DNA of 64,000 nucleotides from assembly GCF_964204865.1 (NCBI RefSeq), contig NC_135260.1:14012001-14076000 (forward strand), in the 5' to 3' direction. Of the stretch, positions 38,389-51,250 are shown piece by piece. A model generated the notes under the pieces. It saw only the letters and a program-made list of their open reading frames with translations, searched no databases and had not been told where the DNA came from. A program made the translations under genes and the position numbers. Position 1 is the stretch's first letter. The number at the start of each line of letters is the position of its first letter. The stretch is from Styela clava (lineage: Eukaryota).

Positions 38389-40262
38389 GTAATTCGTATG
38401 AATGTTGTGCCTTGTCCTCTAACACGGAGAGGTATTTTTTCAATGGTAAGTCAGGTATTTGACCCATTAGGATTTGTCCAGTCATTCATTTTGCCGGCAA
38501 AACTTACTCTTCGCTAGTCGTGCGATAAAGGTTATGGGGACAATCAGCTGTTGGAAAGATTTTAGGAGAGTGTATAAAATGCCGAGAAAGATCTTCTCGT
38601 ACAGGTGAGCGGTGGATGGCAGACCTTCCCAGTTGTAGATTTGTTCCTGGAAAGAAACCGTTCGAATTTACATTCGTTGACTACTTTTGCCCAATCAAGG
38701 TCAAGTTTGGTCAAAATGAATACAAGAGTTATGGATGCCGTATTAATTGCATGGTCACACGTGCTGTACATATTGAAGTTGAGAGTCTCTTGATCTTCAA
38801 GCGTTTTCCGATTCACAGACAGACGCTCGCGACCTATTCACATATTTTCGGATAATGGTACAAATTTTATAGGCGGAGAGAAGGAGTTGAGAGATGGAAT
38901 TAGAAACTGGAATCAACATGTAATAGACGAATCGTTATCACAAAAAGGAATTCAATGGCACTTCTCACCTCCATTGGCCAGTCATCAATCAGGTGTCGTG
39001 GAGAGATTAGTTCGAGAAGTCAAGAAAACATTACGTGCTATCACTGATAGTCGATCATTTACAGATTATTCATTGTGGTCCTTCTTAACTGGCGTTAGAG
39101 AAATATTAAACGATGGACCATTCACACCACTAAGTGATGATCCTACGGACTTAAATGTTTTGACACCAAATTCAATTCTAATTGCCAAACTTGATCCATC
39201 ACTGCCTTCAGACAAATTTATGAAGACCGATGAATATAGAACAACATGGCGATATTCACAAAGGCTTCTAGGTTTATTCTGGGATAGATGGAGGAAAGAA
39301 CATTTGCCTCTGCTACAAGAACTACAAAAATGGCACTCTACACAAAGAAATCTGCAAGTTGGCGATTTGGTGTTGATGATTGATGATAGTTCCCCTCGCA
39401 ATCATTGGCCGAAAGCTATTGTTGATGAGAAATACCCTGACAAGCATGGTATTGTTCGAAGGTCCGTACTGCAAATAGTGAAATGCACATACACACATAT
39501 TGTACGAAATGCACCTATTTACAACACACATAGAATTTGACGCATTGTATATAACACGGAAAGAATTAATCTTGCACCACATTCCTAACTTTTTTCTTAG
39601 GGATTCTCGTTTACCATATTTACGAGGATCCAATGGTGCTCATTCTTTCAGATTAGGTATTTCTGATTATTTTTTGCGTGTTCCACACATTGTGTTGTTT
39701 GAACATTTCACTTTGAAAATTACACAAAATGCTTTTTATTTTCTCTAATTTTGGCCCGGTATGTAAGAAATGTTTCCCCGTTAATTATGAGCACTCGGTT
39801 GTGTCCCAGAAAAGTGTTTCGCAATATCTATTTTTTGCAATCCTGCCATTCTTGCGATAATCGTTCAATTTAATAGGTGTAGTACATTCATATTCGGTTA
39901 AATAAAGTGATTAATATCCAAAATTTGATATTAATAATTAATTCCATGTATTATTCCCAATGGTTAATACATGAGGAGTCCCAAACATATATTTTATTGA
40001 GCCAATTTGGTTGTATATTCTGACCAATAATTTGGCATTTGTAAATTCTCGCCGATTTCTTCTTTTTGTGGTTTTAGTGAGCGAACCTCTGTTCCTTAAG
40101 CTCCGGAATCTGTCAATTTGTAAGTCGTATTTTTCATGTTTGTTTTATTTATTTAGCTAGGAGTGATGATCATAAATTAGATTAAATTGTGTGTAATACT
40201 GGAATAAACTGACTCACTGATGTTCATTACTACTGCGATAATGCAATAAAGTTAAAGCAACA
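38389..40262 (+). mobile_element. 5'-truncated, internally deleted BEL/Pao LTR retrotransposon (RNase H/A17 fragment, integrase, 3' LTR)
   Basis: PLTRRGIFSMVSQVFDPLGFVQSFILPAKL (~38415-38510); C-x2-C plus MADLP...PFEFTFVDYFCP...VTRAVHIEV; SDNGTNF, WHFSPPLASHQSGVVERLVREVK, LTPNSIL, FWDRWRKE, LQVGDLVL...PRNHWP, all typical of BEL/Pao pol. PPT-like TTGGCCCGGTA is followed by TGT at 39762 (LTR start); the LTR right end is approximate. Confidence 0.88.
38887..39540 (+). pseudogene. BEL/Pao integrase core and C-terminal domain fragment
   Basis: 217-aa ORF with integrase catalytic E region (GVVERLVREVK) and the C-terminal GDLVL/WP motif; upstream part lies in another frame (38616-38855). Confidence 0.85.
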
Positions 40263-40487
40263 AATGTTAGATGCACTATTTGGGATCGGTCTTTTTCAGT
40301 ATTTCTGGTGTTACTCGCACATTGGATCACACGATATCACTCCACATCATAGTTCGGTGATAGCACCGTTAATTACCTACACCGAGGGTTCGACGGTGAT
40401 GCCAAAAGGTCGCGTGAAGCCAAGATGGTAATTTCAAATAGAGAAAAGAGTACAACTAACTTTGTGTTCAATCTCAGTGTCTATGGA

Positions 40488-40934
40488 AGAGTTCCCAAAC
40501 TGGGGTCCGTGATGACTGCAACGATAATAAAAAGTTTGTAACATACATTTTAACGTATATTCACTGTAACATCATATAGACGTTATGTAAACGTGATAAG
40601 TTCACGCGATCGTAATTGTTACAAAAACTTAACAATAGGAGTGAAAAAGTTGTTTTAAAACGATCCTTGCTCTAGAATCGTAACAGTATAGAATCGTTGC
40701 CGTAGAGTCAGATCTACGAGTTTGCTTGTCACAAATTGCTCTGAGAGTTGATAAATTGTGTAGTGAAAAGCAAACTCATCCATTACATTTATGTAGTTTG
40801 TGATATGGGTGAAGCATAATTTTTCCTCGTTTGTTAGGCACAGAAATTGATACGGAATAGGATGGGGTTCGTAAAAAATAGTACTCACAAACAACAGAAC
40901 AGGGGTCCGCGCCCGAAGCGTTTGAGAAACTTCG
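40488..40934. mobile_element. hAT (Charlie-like) MITE
   Basis: Imperfect TIRs AGAGTTCCCAAACTGGGGTCCG ... GGGGTCCGCGCCCGAAGCGTTTGAGAAACTTCG; flanks GTCTATGG and CTCTACAG resemble the NTCTANAN-type target. Confidence 0.55.
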
Positions 40935-41148
40935 CTCTACAGTATATTTACCAGTGGCAAATGTATATCATGGCCACGCGAAATTTTCGCGATTTGACTG
41001 ATCCAGATAGCAATTTTCACTGGTCGCGGGACATATAGAACAAAATCGATGGCAAAACAAAATCTCTCGTTTTTTATTTTAGTCTTATTTAAACATTCTC
41101 CTGCATTCAATGGATCGCAGGCCTATATGTTAACTGCTCTAAAATAAT

Positions 41149-42772
41149 CTCTTCATGTACCAGGTCTGTTACAGACATCGGCGATCATGGCCTTCCATTC
41201 CAATCTGTTGTTAGTTCTCCTGATGAGTTCATTGTTGGAGGATTCTTTCTTCGTTACGTAATTATTCAGACTGTCGGTGTGTTTTGTGCGTTGTCTTCCC
41301 CTACTTTTGGTACCACAAATCTTTCCACACAGTATTTGCTTTTTTATCCCATTTGCTCTGTTTATGTGCCCAAAAAATTGTAGTTGTCTTTTCCTGATGG
41401 TTTGAATTAGGGATCTTTTGTACCCGGCCATTTCCATTACTTCTTCGTTTGACTTTTTTTCCATCCACGATATTCTCATAATTCGTCTGATATACCACAT
41501 TTCTGCTGCTTCAAGTCTTCTTTTGAGGTCTTTTGTCAGCGTCCAACATTCACATCCGTACAGAAGAATGAACCATATGTAGGCTTTTAGAGTCTTGGTT
41601 TTGATACTTAGTTTTATATTTCTGTTGATGAAGATGGGTTTCATCTTGTTGAATGTGTCTTTTGACATAGCGATTCTCTTCTGGATTTCAGTCTTGCATC
41701 GGGCATCCGGAGTTATTGTGAATCCCAAATATTGGAAGGTGCTAACTTGTTTAATTTTTTCCTTTTGCATAATATGTTACATACAGGCATGTCTGGTTGT
41801 TTTGAGATTACCATGCACTCGGTCTTCTTTGCATTCGGTTGGAGTCCTTTGTTTTCACTCTCGATTGTTACTGTTGTGAGGATATTTTGTAGTTTTTTTT
41901 CCGAGTCGGCAATTAGCACTGTGTCATCCGCGTATCTGAGGTTGTTTATGTTGCGACCACCTACTTTAACACCTTCAAGATGCTCTATGTTCCGTAGGGT
42001 CATTTCGCTGTAGATATTGAAGAGGTCTGGAGAGAAAACGCAGCCCTGTCTCACTCCTCTACAAATCGGTCTATACTCACTGTAGTCGTTATCGACCCTT
42101 ATTGCAGCTTCTTGTTCCCAGTACAAGTTTCTGATCACTCTAAGGTCTTTTCCATCGCAGTTATGTCTTAGTAAAATGTCAAACAGGTCGGAGTGTCTTA
42201 CTTTGTCGAATGCCTTGGAGTAGTCAATGAAACAGAGGTACAAGTCTTTTTGTACCTCAATCGTCCTTTCCATGAGGGTCCTCAAGGCAAAGATAGCATT
42301 TCTGGTACCTTTATTTGCTATAAATCCAAATTGGGTTTCAGATATTTCAGGAAGGATTTTATTTCTCATTCTGTTCATCAGCACGCGCAACATGACTTTT
42401 GTGAGATGGCTCATGAGGTTAATTGTGCGGTGTTGGTCGCATTCGGCTGTGCCTCTTTTTTGGGGTATTGGAATATATACAGACTTTTTGAGGTCTCTTG
42501 GGATTTCACCTGTAGCGTGGATAGTGTTGAGAAGTTTTGTTACTTCTTCGATTCCAAACTCACCTAGAGCTGTTATCATTTCGAGTGGAATGTCATCGGG
42601 TCCTGTAGCCTTTCCCTTTTTCATCTTTTTGAGGGCTTTGTGGACTTCCTCCTCCTATGTGGGCCTTCATCATCATTACTGATGGTGGGTGGTGGCCCTC
42701 TATCATCGTGATACAACTCTGTGATGTATTCTGACACCTGTTAAGGATGTCTTCCTTTTCCATAAGAATATA
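41149..42772 (-). mobile_element. 5'-truncated RTE-clade LINE retrotransposon (reverse transcriptase, frameshifted)
   Basis: ORFs 42624-41713 and 41770-41153 give KATGPDDIP, QFGF, FIDYSKAFDKV, GVRQGCVFSP, YADD, FQYLG, LLYGCECW, RSRGRQR-like tail; very short 3' end TGAAGAG; 8-bp TSD AAAATAAT (41141-41148, 42773-42780). Confidence 0.93.
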
Positions 42773-44367
42773 AAAATAATATAATCACGTAAAATATTGT
42801 TATAAATACCATTGTTCATTATTGTCAGTCATCGACTCCGAGCGAGCAAAAGTATAATTTATCCTCTATAGATACAAAAATCATATTTCCCGTCACCTGA
42901 TTGTATTTACATTGGAAACTAAAATTCAAAAGCAACCACATATAACAAAATACGTACGGTAATATTCACCGGAGAAATACAATTCATAAATTACATTTAT
43001 AAGCAAATGAAAGGAGGCCATAATGAATGAGTTTTTGTAATCTTTTTCTTAGATTGAAAATACTGGATGGTAGGTATTTATTTGAAAATTATTTTTTTGC
43101 CCGTTAATCGTTCTTGGGCTTACACAAGAATGAAATGGAATGATGGAATGATGGAATTTTTCAAGTAACTTTCATTTCTTCTATGACAACTATTTGAAAT
43201 ATTTAATATTGAGCGCATTTAGTTTAAAATAAATGAATGTGGAGTATTGAAAACCTGTGCAATATGCCAATGTATCTACGCCTATTTACTTGCTTGACAG
43301 ATGCCTTTATTTGACGTTTCATATTGTGTGTCATTGTCCAGAACAAGATCATAATCCTATTTTGTGACGTCCCACTTTACTCGTAGATTGCGCTCGATTG
43401 CTCTTAAGGAGATGACTCACCTAGTTATGGGATACTGAAGGTCAGTAAAATCGATATAGATGTTCGAGTGTCCGCGGTATTATCAAAATTATTGTGGATG
43501 TTACGTGGTTCGTCATTCGTGGATTACTGTCGAAGCGAACATTGAAAATTATCCTTCATATATACGTCATTCGTAAGCAAAATAGGAGGAATTAATTCGG
43601 GTATTCCAGGTTGACTCAGTAAAAAAAATTCTGAGGTTTTTGGTAATTAACCTTTAGTGGATAAACTATCATTTTTTTAAACTCTTTTCCATTGAATTGT
43701 AGCATTGAATTGAAATGTAATTTTGACCAATAATGTTTGTCTTTACCTGATAAATTGTGACTATTTTCCGTTAATCAGTAACCTGAGTGTTATTTTCATC
43801 AAATATTTAATTGATCAAATATATAATTAGAATGACATCGTGCCAAAAACTGCTTAATGTTATCATTCGGTTATTGCTTCATAGAGTAGAGTAAATCATT
43901 CTGTAACATCTTCTTCTGCAACATTCTTTTCTTATTTTTATTGATTTTTTTATGACCTCATAGTGATCATAAAATGATGTTGACGACCGAGAGTTATACC
44001 GATACACAAGTTATTTTTTCTCATCATTTTAATATATTAAACGTTGTAAAAATTAAGCATTTAAAACAAGAAATAAAAAATAATATTCAACACGACCGAC
44101 TGCTTTCAAAGAAAACTTTCTGTTCAATTGTATTGTGTCATACAATTTCTGTTCCAGCGAAATGATGTAATACATTACTTAGACATAACGATAAATTAAT
44201 GAGAGAAAAACAATGCAAATGCTTCAGATCGCATTAGGCTTATAGGATTAACAAAAAATACCATACTCGTTTCACTTTGGTATACAGAATTGGCACCGTA
44301 GCATTAAGTTGAGGTGATTTGTTTGAACCAAAGATTTGATTTTTGTATTAAATTCGTGGAATATATG

Positions 44368-44575
44368 TAGGGTGTTCATAAAGTTTTCAAATTTTATTTA
44401 AAATTTCAAAGGGAATTGATCGATATCATATATTGTTTTGGCACTCACAGATGCATTAAATGAAATTAAAATGCCTAAACAATTACGGATTATAAAGTAA
44501 CAAGCCTGGTTAAGATGAATTGAAAACTGCCCTCATTACGAAATTCAAATTGCAAGCTACTTTATGCACACCCTG
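44368..44575. mobile_element. Tc1/mariner-type MITE (~208 bp)
   Basis: TIRs (T)AGGGTGTTCATAAAGT ... ACTTTATGCACACCCTG, followed by TA. Confidence 0.7.
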
Positions 44576-44670
44576 TATATATACATAATATATTCGTATT
44601 TACGATGTTGAACTCAAACATTGCATTTTGAACTTAACCCACAACTATAACTGAATAAATTTTTACAGCT

Positions 44671-47469
44671 TCAAGATGACAAAATGATTTTCATATCTTT
44701 ATATAAATAATACCATGGGCATATTCTTGCTCTCCAATCTTTATAGCAAGCCAACATACATAGGAGATTGACAATCACGTTTGCGTTGTAAGCCAGTGAT
44801 GTCACTAAAGATTCTGTCACGCCTGAATGAATGTTGGCAAGTTCTTCGTGATAATGGAACTGCGCAAAAAAGCTGATCAAAAACGCTATAACATCAGATA
44901 CTGAGCATATTATGGATACACACAAACATCTTACGACGTATGCCCGGAGATGTGCTCTCGCCCGCCTGTTTCGACGTTCCATGAGTGTACGTACTGTCGT
45001 GCGTCTTCGCAATTCCTTGAAACGCACGCTTCCAAATTTAGCCGAAATTTTTCTAACGCTCTTTGATGTTGAGTTTTTAGCTTGTGTAATTGATAGATGC
45101 CGCTTGCTGGAATTTGAAGTAACTTCATTTGAGCACGCATTTTGAGGACGATCTCTAAATGTAGAATCGCGATTTTCATCATTTCGTACATTTAAATTTG
45201 CTCGATGTGATTCCATTCCACATTCGTCTTCTACTTTTAAAATTTCACATTTAAGTTTGTCTCCACATGTATCTGATTTGTTCAAAATGTTTCCGTTGTT
45301 ATCAGAAGACGAGACTTGAACACTGAAACTGTGCCGGGTTTGTTGCGAAATATCGTCCCCTTCCTCAAATCTACATATCTTCATTGACAACCCGGAAGTG
45401 GCATCATCATCAAAAACGGAGCTCTCGCATTTGTCGTCCGTGGGTAACCCTAACCCAGATCCGGATGAAAGACGAACTACCACTGATTCTTCACCTTCTA
45501 CTGTTGTATCGTAAGTACTGCCTGATTTTCTGCTACGTCCGAACGAGTAGTTGCTAGAGCAATCATCCCTTAATGATAAATTGGAACTTGGAGTCTTGTG
45601 AAGTCGATCTTGCTTTTGCCTTTGCTTAAATATAGGATAAGCAAATAGAATTTGAAGAGAAATCTGAAAATAAGTATTAACATTTACATACAAATTTGAT
45701 CTAAAAATTATATTGTTTAATTTTAAAATTCGGTTTTTTCATAATATATTTTCTAAGTATAAACATTCATTTTCAAAGTGTATAATTGTATTTTGTTTTA
45801 TTTAGGACGCGGCAGTCTTGAGAGACTAAAAACTTCACTCTCAAGTACAATTACATCATTATTCGAGTACTGAGGGCAGATTCAAAAACAACAATGAGGT
45901 GCTTAAGGGTACTTAGGGATAAAATATATAGCCGTTGTTTTTACCTCTGAGCAAGAAAACGCTGACAAGAAGTGTTCTTTCTTTTGTGTCACTGAAGTTT
46001 AGGTAGAAAATTTATGATTTTTTTTGTTATATTGCTAACCACTAAAAATTGATGCTGACAAGTTCACGATTTTGCCTTATAATTTAGTGAATTTAAACGT
46101 CGATGAAAGACAAGTGTGGCCCTATCTACTATTGACCTCCGATTAATTGGTTTCCATTTTATGAGCACTTTAGCAGATACAAACCTGAAAGTATAAAAAT
46201 CCCATGGTAACAGCTAAATGAAGGCCCAGATAAACATCTTTTCTTTGAAAGCCGCATTCGAGAGGAACAATTCCATAAGCTGCGTAATCAATCTCGTAGC
46301 TGTCTAAAGTAATCGTCTGAAATACAGACGATTTTCAGATTGTCAATTTTTAATGATAAAATAGCACCGAGAATCAATTTTTGTACAATCGCACAGCATT
46401 GATATTTAATACGAGGAAGTTACAGTATTATTTATCTAAAAAAAATTTCAATATTATTGGGTGAAAGGAATTTGATTACCATGGCTAAAAAAATTACATT
46501 CGCAATCGAATACAGTGATGTAAAGCGGGCTTTGTTTGTTCGAAAACACTGGAGATAGCGGCAGTGAAGGTATTCTTTAGTCAACAGATTGTTACGTCCA
46601 CGAGTTTTCTTCGAAACCTGATAAATCAGTGATTATCTGTGATTCCACGAACTACCCTCATTTTAAGTATAATGTAGGCTCTGGATTTTGAGGATTCCGG
46701 GGGTGTAAGGAGAACATTTTTGGCTGGATTTTGGTATTCAAAGGATTACATTCGGATCAGCCATTTGTCAATTTAAAATATTGAAAATGAAATGTTTACT
46801 TACCGAATTATCTAAAGAATACATCCTATGTATCTTTTGAATTTGAGGCAAAAAAAATAATACTGTAATTGAAAATACTGCAAATATGATTGTCGCCAGG
46901 ACTGACCAACTAAATCTGATCAGACACGGTTTTGCCAAATGTTTCAGGACTGGATGTGCGTAAAATGCTCGTTGGCGTATCCATAAAAATCCATATAAGC
47001 AAAACGCACTAATGATGTAAAATAAACCACTGACGATGTGTCGAACACACTGCACATAAGCAGATGTAGTGTTATTATCCGAATACGCCCAAAGATCCAT
47101 GGTTACGTGGATAAGCACCATTGAGCTCATTAAAACTGTCAATGACGTCATCGCCACACGAGCATACATTTGATATCGGTGTCGATGCAGGCTACCAGTT
47201 TTACGACAATTTGACATTTTATCTTCGTAAGACGTTGTGCTCGGCTCGTCTGGGGCTCGTTGAGCAGACATTTTTGGTGGTTCCCTGCATATCTTAAACA
47301 TAGTCAGATATGGTCGCAAAAGAAAGAATGCGAACGAAACAAAGATATATATTGCAAAAACGACATATATGCTCTCGATTATTCTGTAGGTTCCTGGTAG
47401 TATGGTGAGAACTTTAATGTTGGATGTTCCATTCTTGATTTTAATTGCAAAATCCATGACAACATTCAT
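44671..47469 (-). CDS. Orphan seven-transmembrane (GPCR-like) protein, 598 aa, 3 coding exons (47469-46804, 46617-46480, 45663-44671)
   Basis: Two long ORFs joined by a 138-nt exon (VSKKTRG...SIANVIFLAM) with canonical phase-0 GT-AG introns; seven hydrophobic segments; Cys at the start of TM3 and in ECL2; LWIRQRAFYAHP after TM3; LFAYP at TM5; >200-aa Ser/acidic third intracellular loop. A possible non-coding 5' exon has its donor near 51980. Confidence 0.88.
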
Positions 47470-48899
47470 CCACCCTAATTAAATATATTTATTATATTCT
47501 AAACATCTAATGACAATTATTTGAAAAAAAAAATACATCGTATGTATAAAAGAAAGTAGTTTATCGAACAGAAAATATAATACATTTATTAACTTTTTTG
47601 AAAATACGTACGAAATAAAACGTTCACAATTTTATGAAATTTTATCATATTTTAAACTGATGCACACTGTGCCTATATTGGTCTGTAGATGAGATGTCTC
47701 TGCCGATACGAGGACCAGCTAGGAGTTAGATACAACGAGCATGGTATAGTAACATCTCAATAAGTCTTCATGATGCTGCCATTTGTGATCATCCATAGTC
47801 GTTTTAATAAATAGAAATATTTCGAAACCTTCAAAAACTATAGTGTAAAGATAACTTTTAATTACTTTTTGTTGCATTGAATTCGTTTTTAACTCGAGGC
47901 ACGAGGAGTACGAGGGGCATTGAAATTTGGTTCATTTTTGCTTTTCACACCATAAATATACTGCACGGACATTTGAAGAGTCCTGATTACGCTAGTGTAA
48001 CAAAAACCTCAGTCTACTTTCATGCACTATATGTCCTAATAAACGTCTCAAATCATATAAAACCATTCTCATAATTAGGCGTTACCACAATATTGTAGTA
48101 AAAATTCCAGCAATTGTCCCAAATTATTTAGGATTTATACACAATCGAATACAATCAAACATTTTATAATTAAATTAAAATACCAAGAGATCTTGGTAGT
48201 GGCAATCATGCAGTGTTGAAACAGCTTTATCCGACTTAATTTCTGAATATGAATTTAACCGCATTTTCTAACAGTACTTCTACAGAGTATACGATCAGAG
48301 ACGTGTGACAGCTGTTCGATCTTGCAAATTATTTCTACAAATATTAATTTTTCCAGATCATTTACGCTACTAATCCATGATGTGAAAGGAATTCCTAGGT
48401 CAAAGCAAGGCGGAAAATGTTAACTTCCATAAATCCAGCTGCTGAGTGTGGGCCAATGATTTATTGTGAATGAGTGATTTCATCTGTGGCTTCCATTTTG
48501 CAAAACAACTTACCACAACGATACCACACTATTTCACTTAGATTTTTTCTAGTATTACGCCAAGGATATGATTACACAAATAGTTGACAAATTATACAAA
48601 ATAAGGACCTGTTATATTTACTAAGCAGTAAAGTTCAAGAGCTATCGTATACGATATTTAATTGAATGGTTTGGCTGTTTGAGAGCAATTTCATACGCAT
48701 TGTTCTCATGTGTACTAAAATGAATCGAAATATTTGATAATACACTTCATTGTTTCTGATTGTTCTCTAATTATAAAAAGATATACTAGCTGGAATTTAC
48801 ACTAATCAACTGAGGCGTACTCTTACTAAAAACCTTTTCCATTTTCCAAATATTAGTCCATATGCTTCGCCAAATAAAAGGTGTTTGCGCCGCAATGAA

Positions 48900-49200
48900 A
48901 ATTCTATATCTCGTCGTTTAAGCTTCTCTATATTTACCCAGGCGTATAGAGCAATCTTTTGCCAGCCTTTAAACACTCTTGGAACTCGTTAACTCGCCAA
49001 TGCTACGATAAAAAATGGCACTTTAACGATCGGGGCTTCCGTATATGAATCTCGTCGTAAAAATTTAAAAATTAATACGCAGACTTTCAGACGAGATAAT
49101 ATTTATAGCCATAGAATTATAGATCCTTATTGATATATAGAATCGCCAACAAGACTCCCATAACTCAAATTCATATTAGAAATACCGCAAGTACGCAAAT
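48900..49200 (+). mobile_element. Possible highly decayed CR1/L2 LINE 3' fragment
   Basis: Peptide remnants YESRRKNLK and ...YSHRIIDP resemble CR1 ORF2 C-terminal motifs; heavily degraded. Confidence 0.25.
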
Positions 49201-50667
49201 ATTCAAATCAACCAACAATATTGATTGAAACAAATAAAAAAATTTTAAGACAGTGGCTAAAATTATAGCATTTTAGATTGGTCGCTTCGTCCAAGCGCAC
49301 ACCATCATATTAGACCCTATACTAGTATGCTTGGAGACAACTTGCACTAAATCGATAAAAATCTATAATTGCCTTTTCCCACCGCGTAATCAAATTAACG
49401 CTATACATTTTTCATAACATTTCAAACGAGAATAGCTCACTACACAACCCATATACAGACATAGACCACGAACCTGATATGCTGCTACCGATAAAATCTA
49501 TTGACTAACTAATGAGGAATACCAAGCCAAGCCTAAACTACCTGTTTACGATTAAAATGCTAAAATCCGAAACTATTTCAATGTAACTGTTCATTGAAAG
49601 CATTCCACCGCCACTAATTTGGAGCATGTACGTACTTCTTCTGTATCCGTATTTAACAATCCATAAATCACAGATTTAAAAATTCATAAAGCACTGTCTC
49701 GTTCAGATTGCACTTGCATTTCATTACGCATTATTTCTGTACCACATATAAAATATTAAACCATGAAACAGCAGTAGTTTTGAACTGCATTCACCCGATA
49801 TTGTCTAATCGCATCGCAATAAAATGCGTCAGATTCACTTTTTGGCAGCTGACTCTGACTGTGATTTTTTATTTAGTAATACTTCACTGATCGGTATAAA
49901 CATCGTATGACAGATTTCAAACTGTACAACGCTTTTAACTCGACGATGTGGGGTGTAAAAGATTGTTGAAGATTTCATCCCATATATGTTATAAAACGGA
50001 AATATGTCGGACTGTCAATGAGCATTTTAAATTACGGGAAACATAAGTGTTTACAGTTAAGCGGTTATGTAAATACGAGGATATTATATATGTAAAACAA
50101 CGGATGACTAAACGAACGAATTTCCGATCAATAAATCCTACATAATATTGCAACTGTATTTAAAATTTAATGACTGTTCTTAAATCTAGCCTTTCCTTTG
50201 ATATAAATTGTACTAAAAATACGCTTTGTCGTGATATTCATAGGATTTTGTTTCTTATCAATTCTAAAAAACTACCTGTTAAAACAAATATTTCTGTATT
50301 ATTTGTATTTTTATTGGAATACCCCTTGAATCGCCGTGAAACTATGCCAAAATGTTGCGTTTTGGCAGCTACGCATGGTGCAGGAAAATACTTTCAGAAA
50401 AAAGGTGAGAAAAAAAAATTTGCTTCGACATCCACTCTTATCGCTCAGCTTTATTGCCAAGTTAGTACCTAAACCAAAGTCATAAAATTTAGATAGGAAT
50501 GTTTATCCGAGATATCAGAGAGACAATTTGAATAAAAAAAGGCAAAAAGTCATGAAACATTGATTACGGGCCTACAACAGTCCAAAAGAAGTTGGGCGGC
50601 GAGGGGGGGGGGGGGGGGGGACTGCTTACCGCCTACATTCGGCAACACAATTGCGTTATAACACAAT

Positions 50668-51250
50668 AATGGAGAACATATCTAAATCGGCAGCAATCTA
50701 ACAAGGTTCGAATCAGGGCCGGATTTATACGATAAGACACTCCAGGCAATGCTAATTGTGAGTGTCCCCTTTGTAACAATGGCGTCACAGCTAATTGACG
50801 TCTTACGGATTTCGAGATTATGTATTATAACATCACAAGTACATTTTAAAAACGAGGGGGAATTACAAAATGTTAGCTATCAGGCATAATATATATACAA
50901 GTGTTTCAAAGTTACAAAAATTCACTTATTCGGACGTATCAAAATTCTTCATTCTTTTAAACGGTAAATATTTGGAACAAGAGTTTGTTAACTTGAACAA
51001 AAAATATGAGATTTTTAAAGTTTTAAACTGCATTACACTGCAAACTAAGCATTATTCCGAAACACGCCTTTACAATTAAAAACTAACTAAAATGGATATT
51101 AACTTGAAATTGATTGTAATTGTCTACGACGTTTGAGGCCCTTGGCCTTTGGAATACCTTGACTTATGGTTTATCCGTTCCTGGTTCGAATCCCATGAGA
51201 GATGTGACAATGTGCAAGAGGATTGCTGCTACAGCTACAGCTTGAGAAGG
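50668..51250 (+). mobile_element. Probable tRNA-derived SINE remnant interrupted by the hAT element
   Basis: Removing the hAT insert restores a Pol III B-box GGTTCGAATCCC followed by a non-tRNA body; no clear A-box or cloverleaf. Confidence 0.35.
50714..51183. mobile_element. hAT-type non-autonomous element (470 bp) with 8-bp TSD
   Basis: Imperfect TIRs CAGGGCCGGATTTA ... TTTATCCGTTCCTG; perfect TSD GTTCGAAT at 50706-50713 and 51184-51191. Confidence 0.8.
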
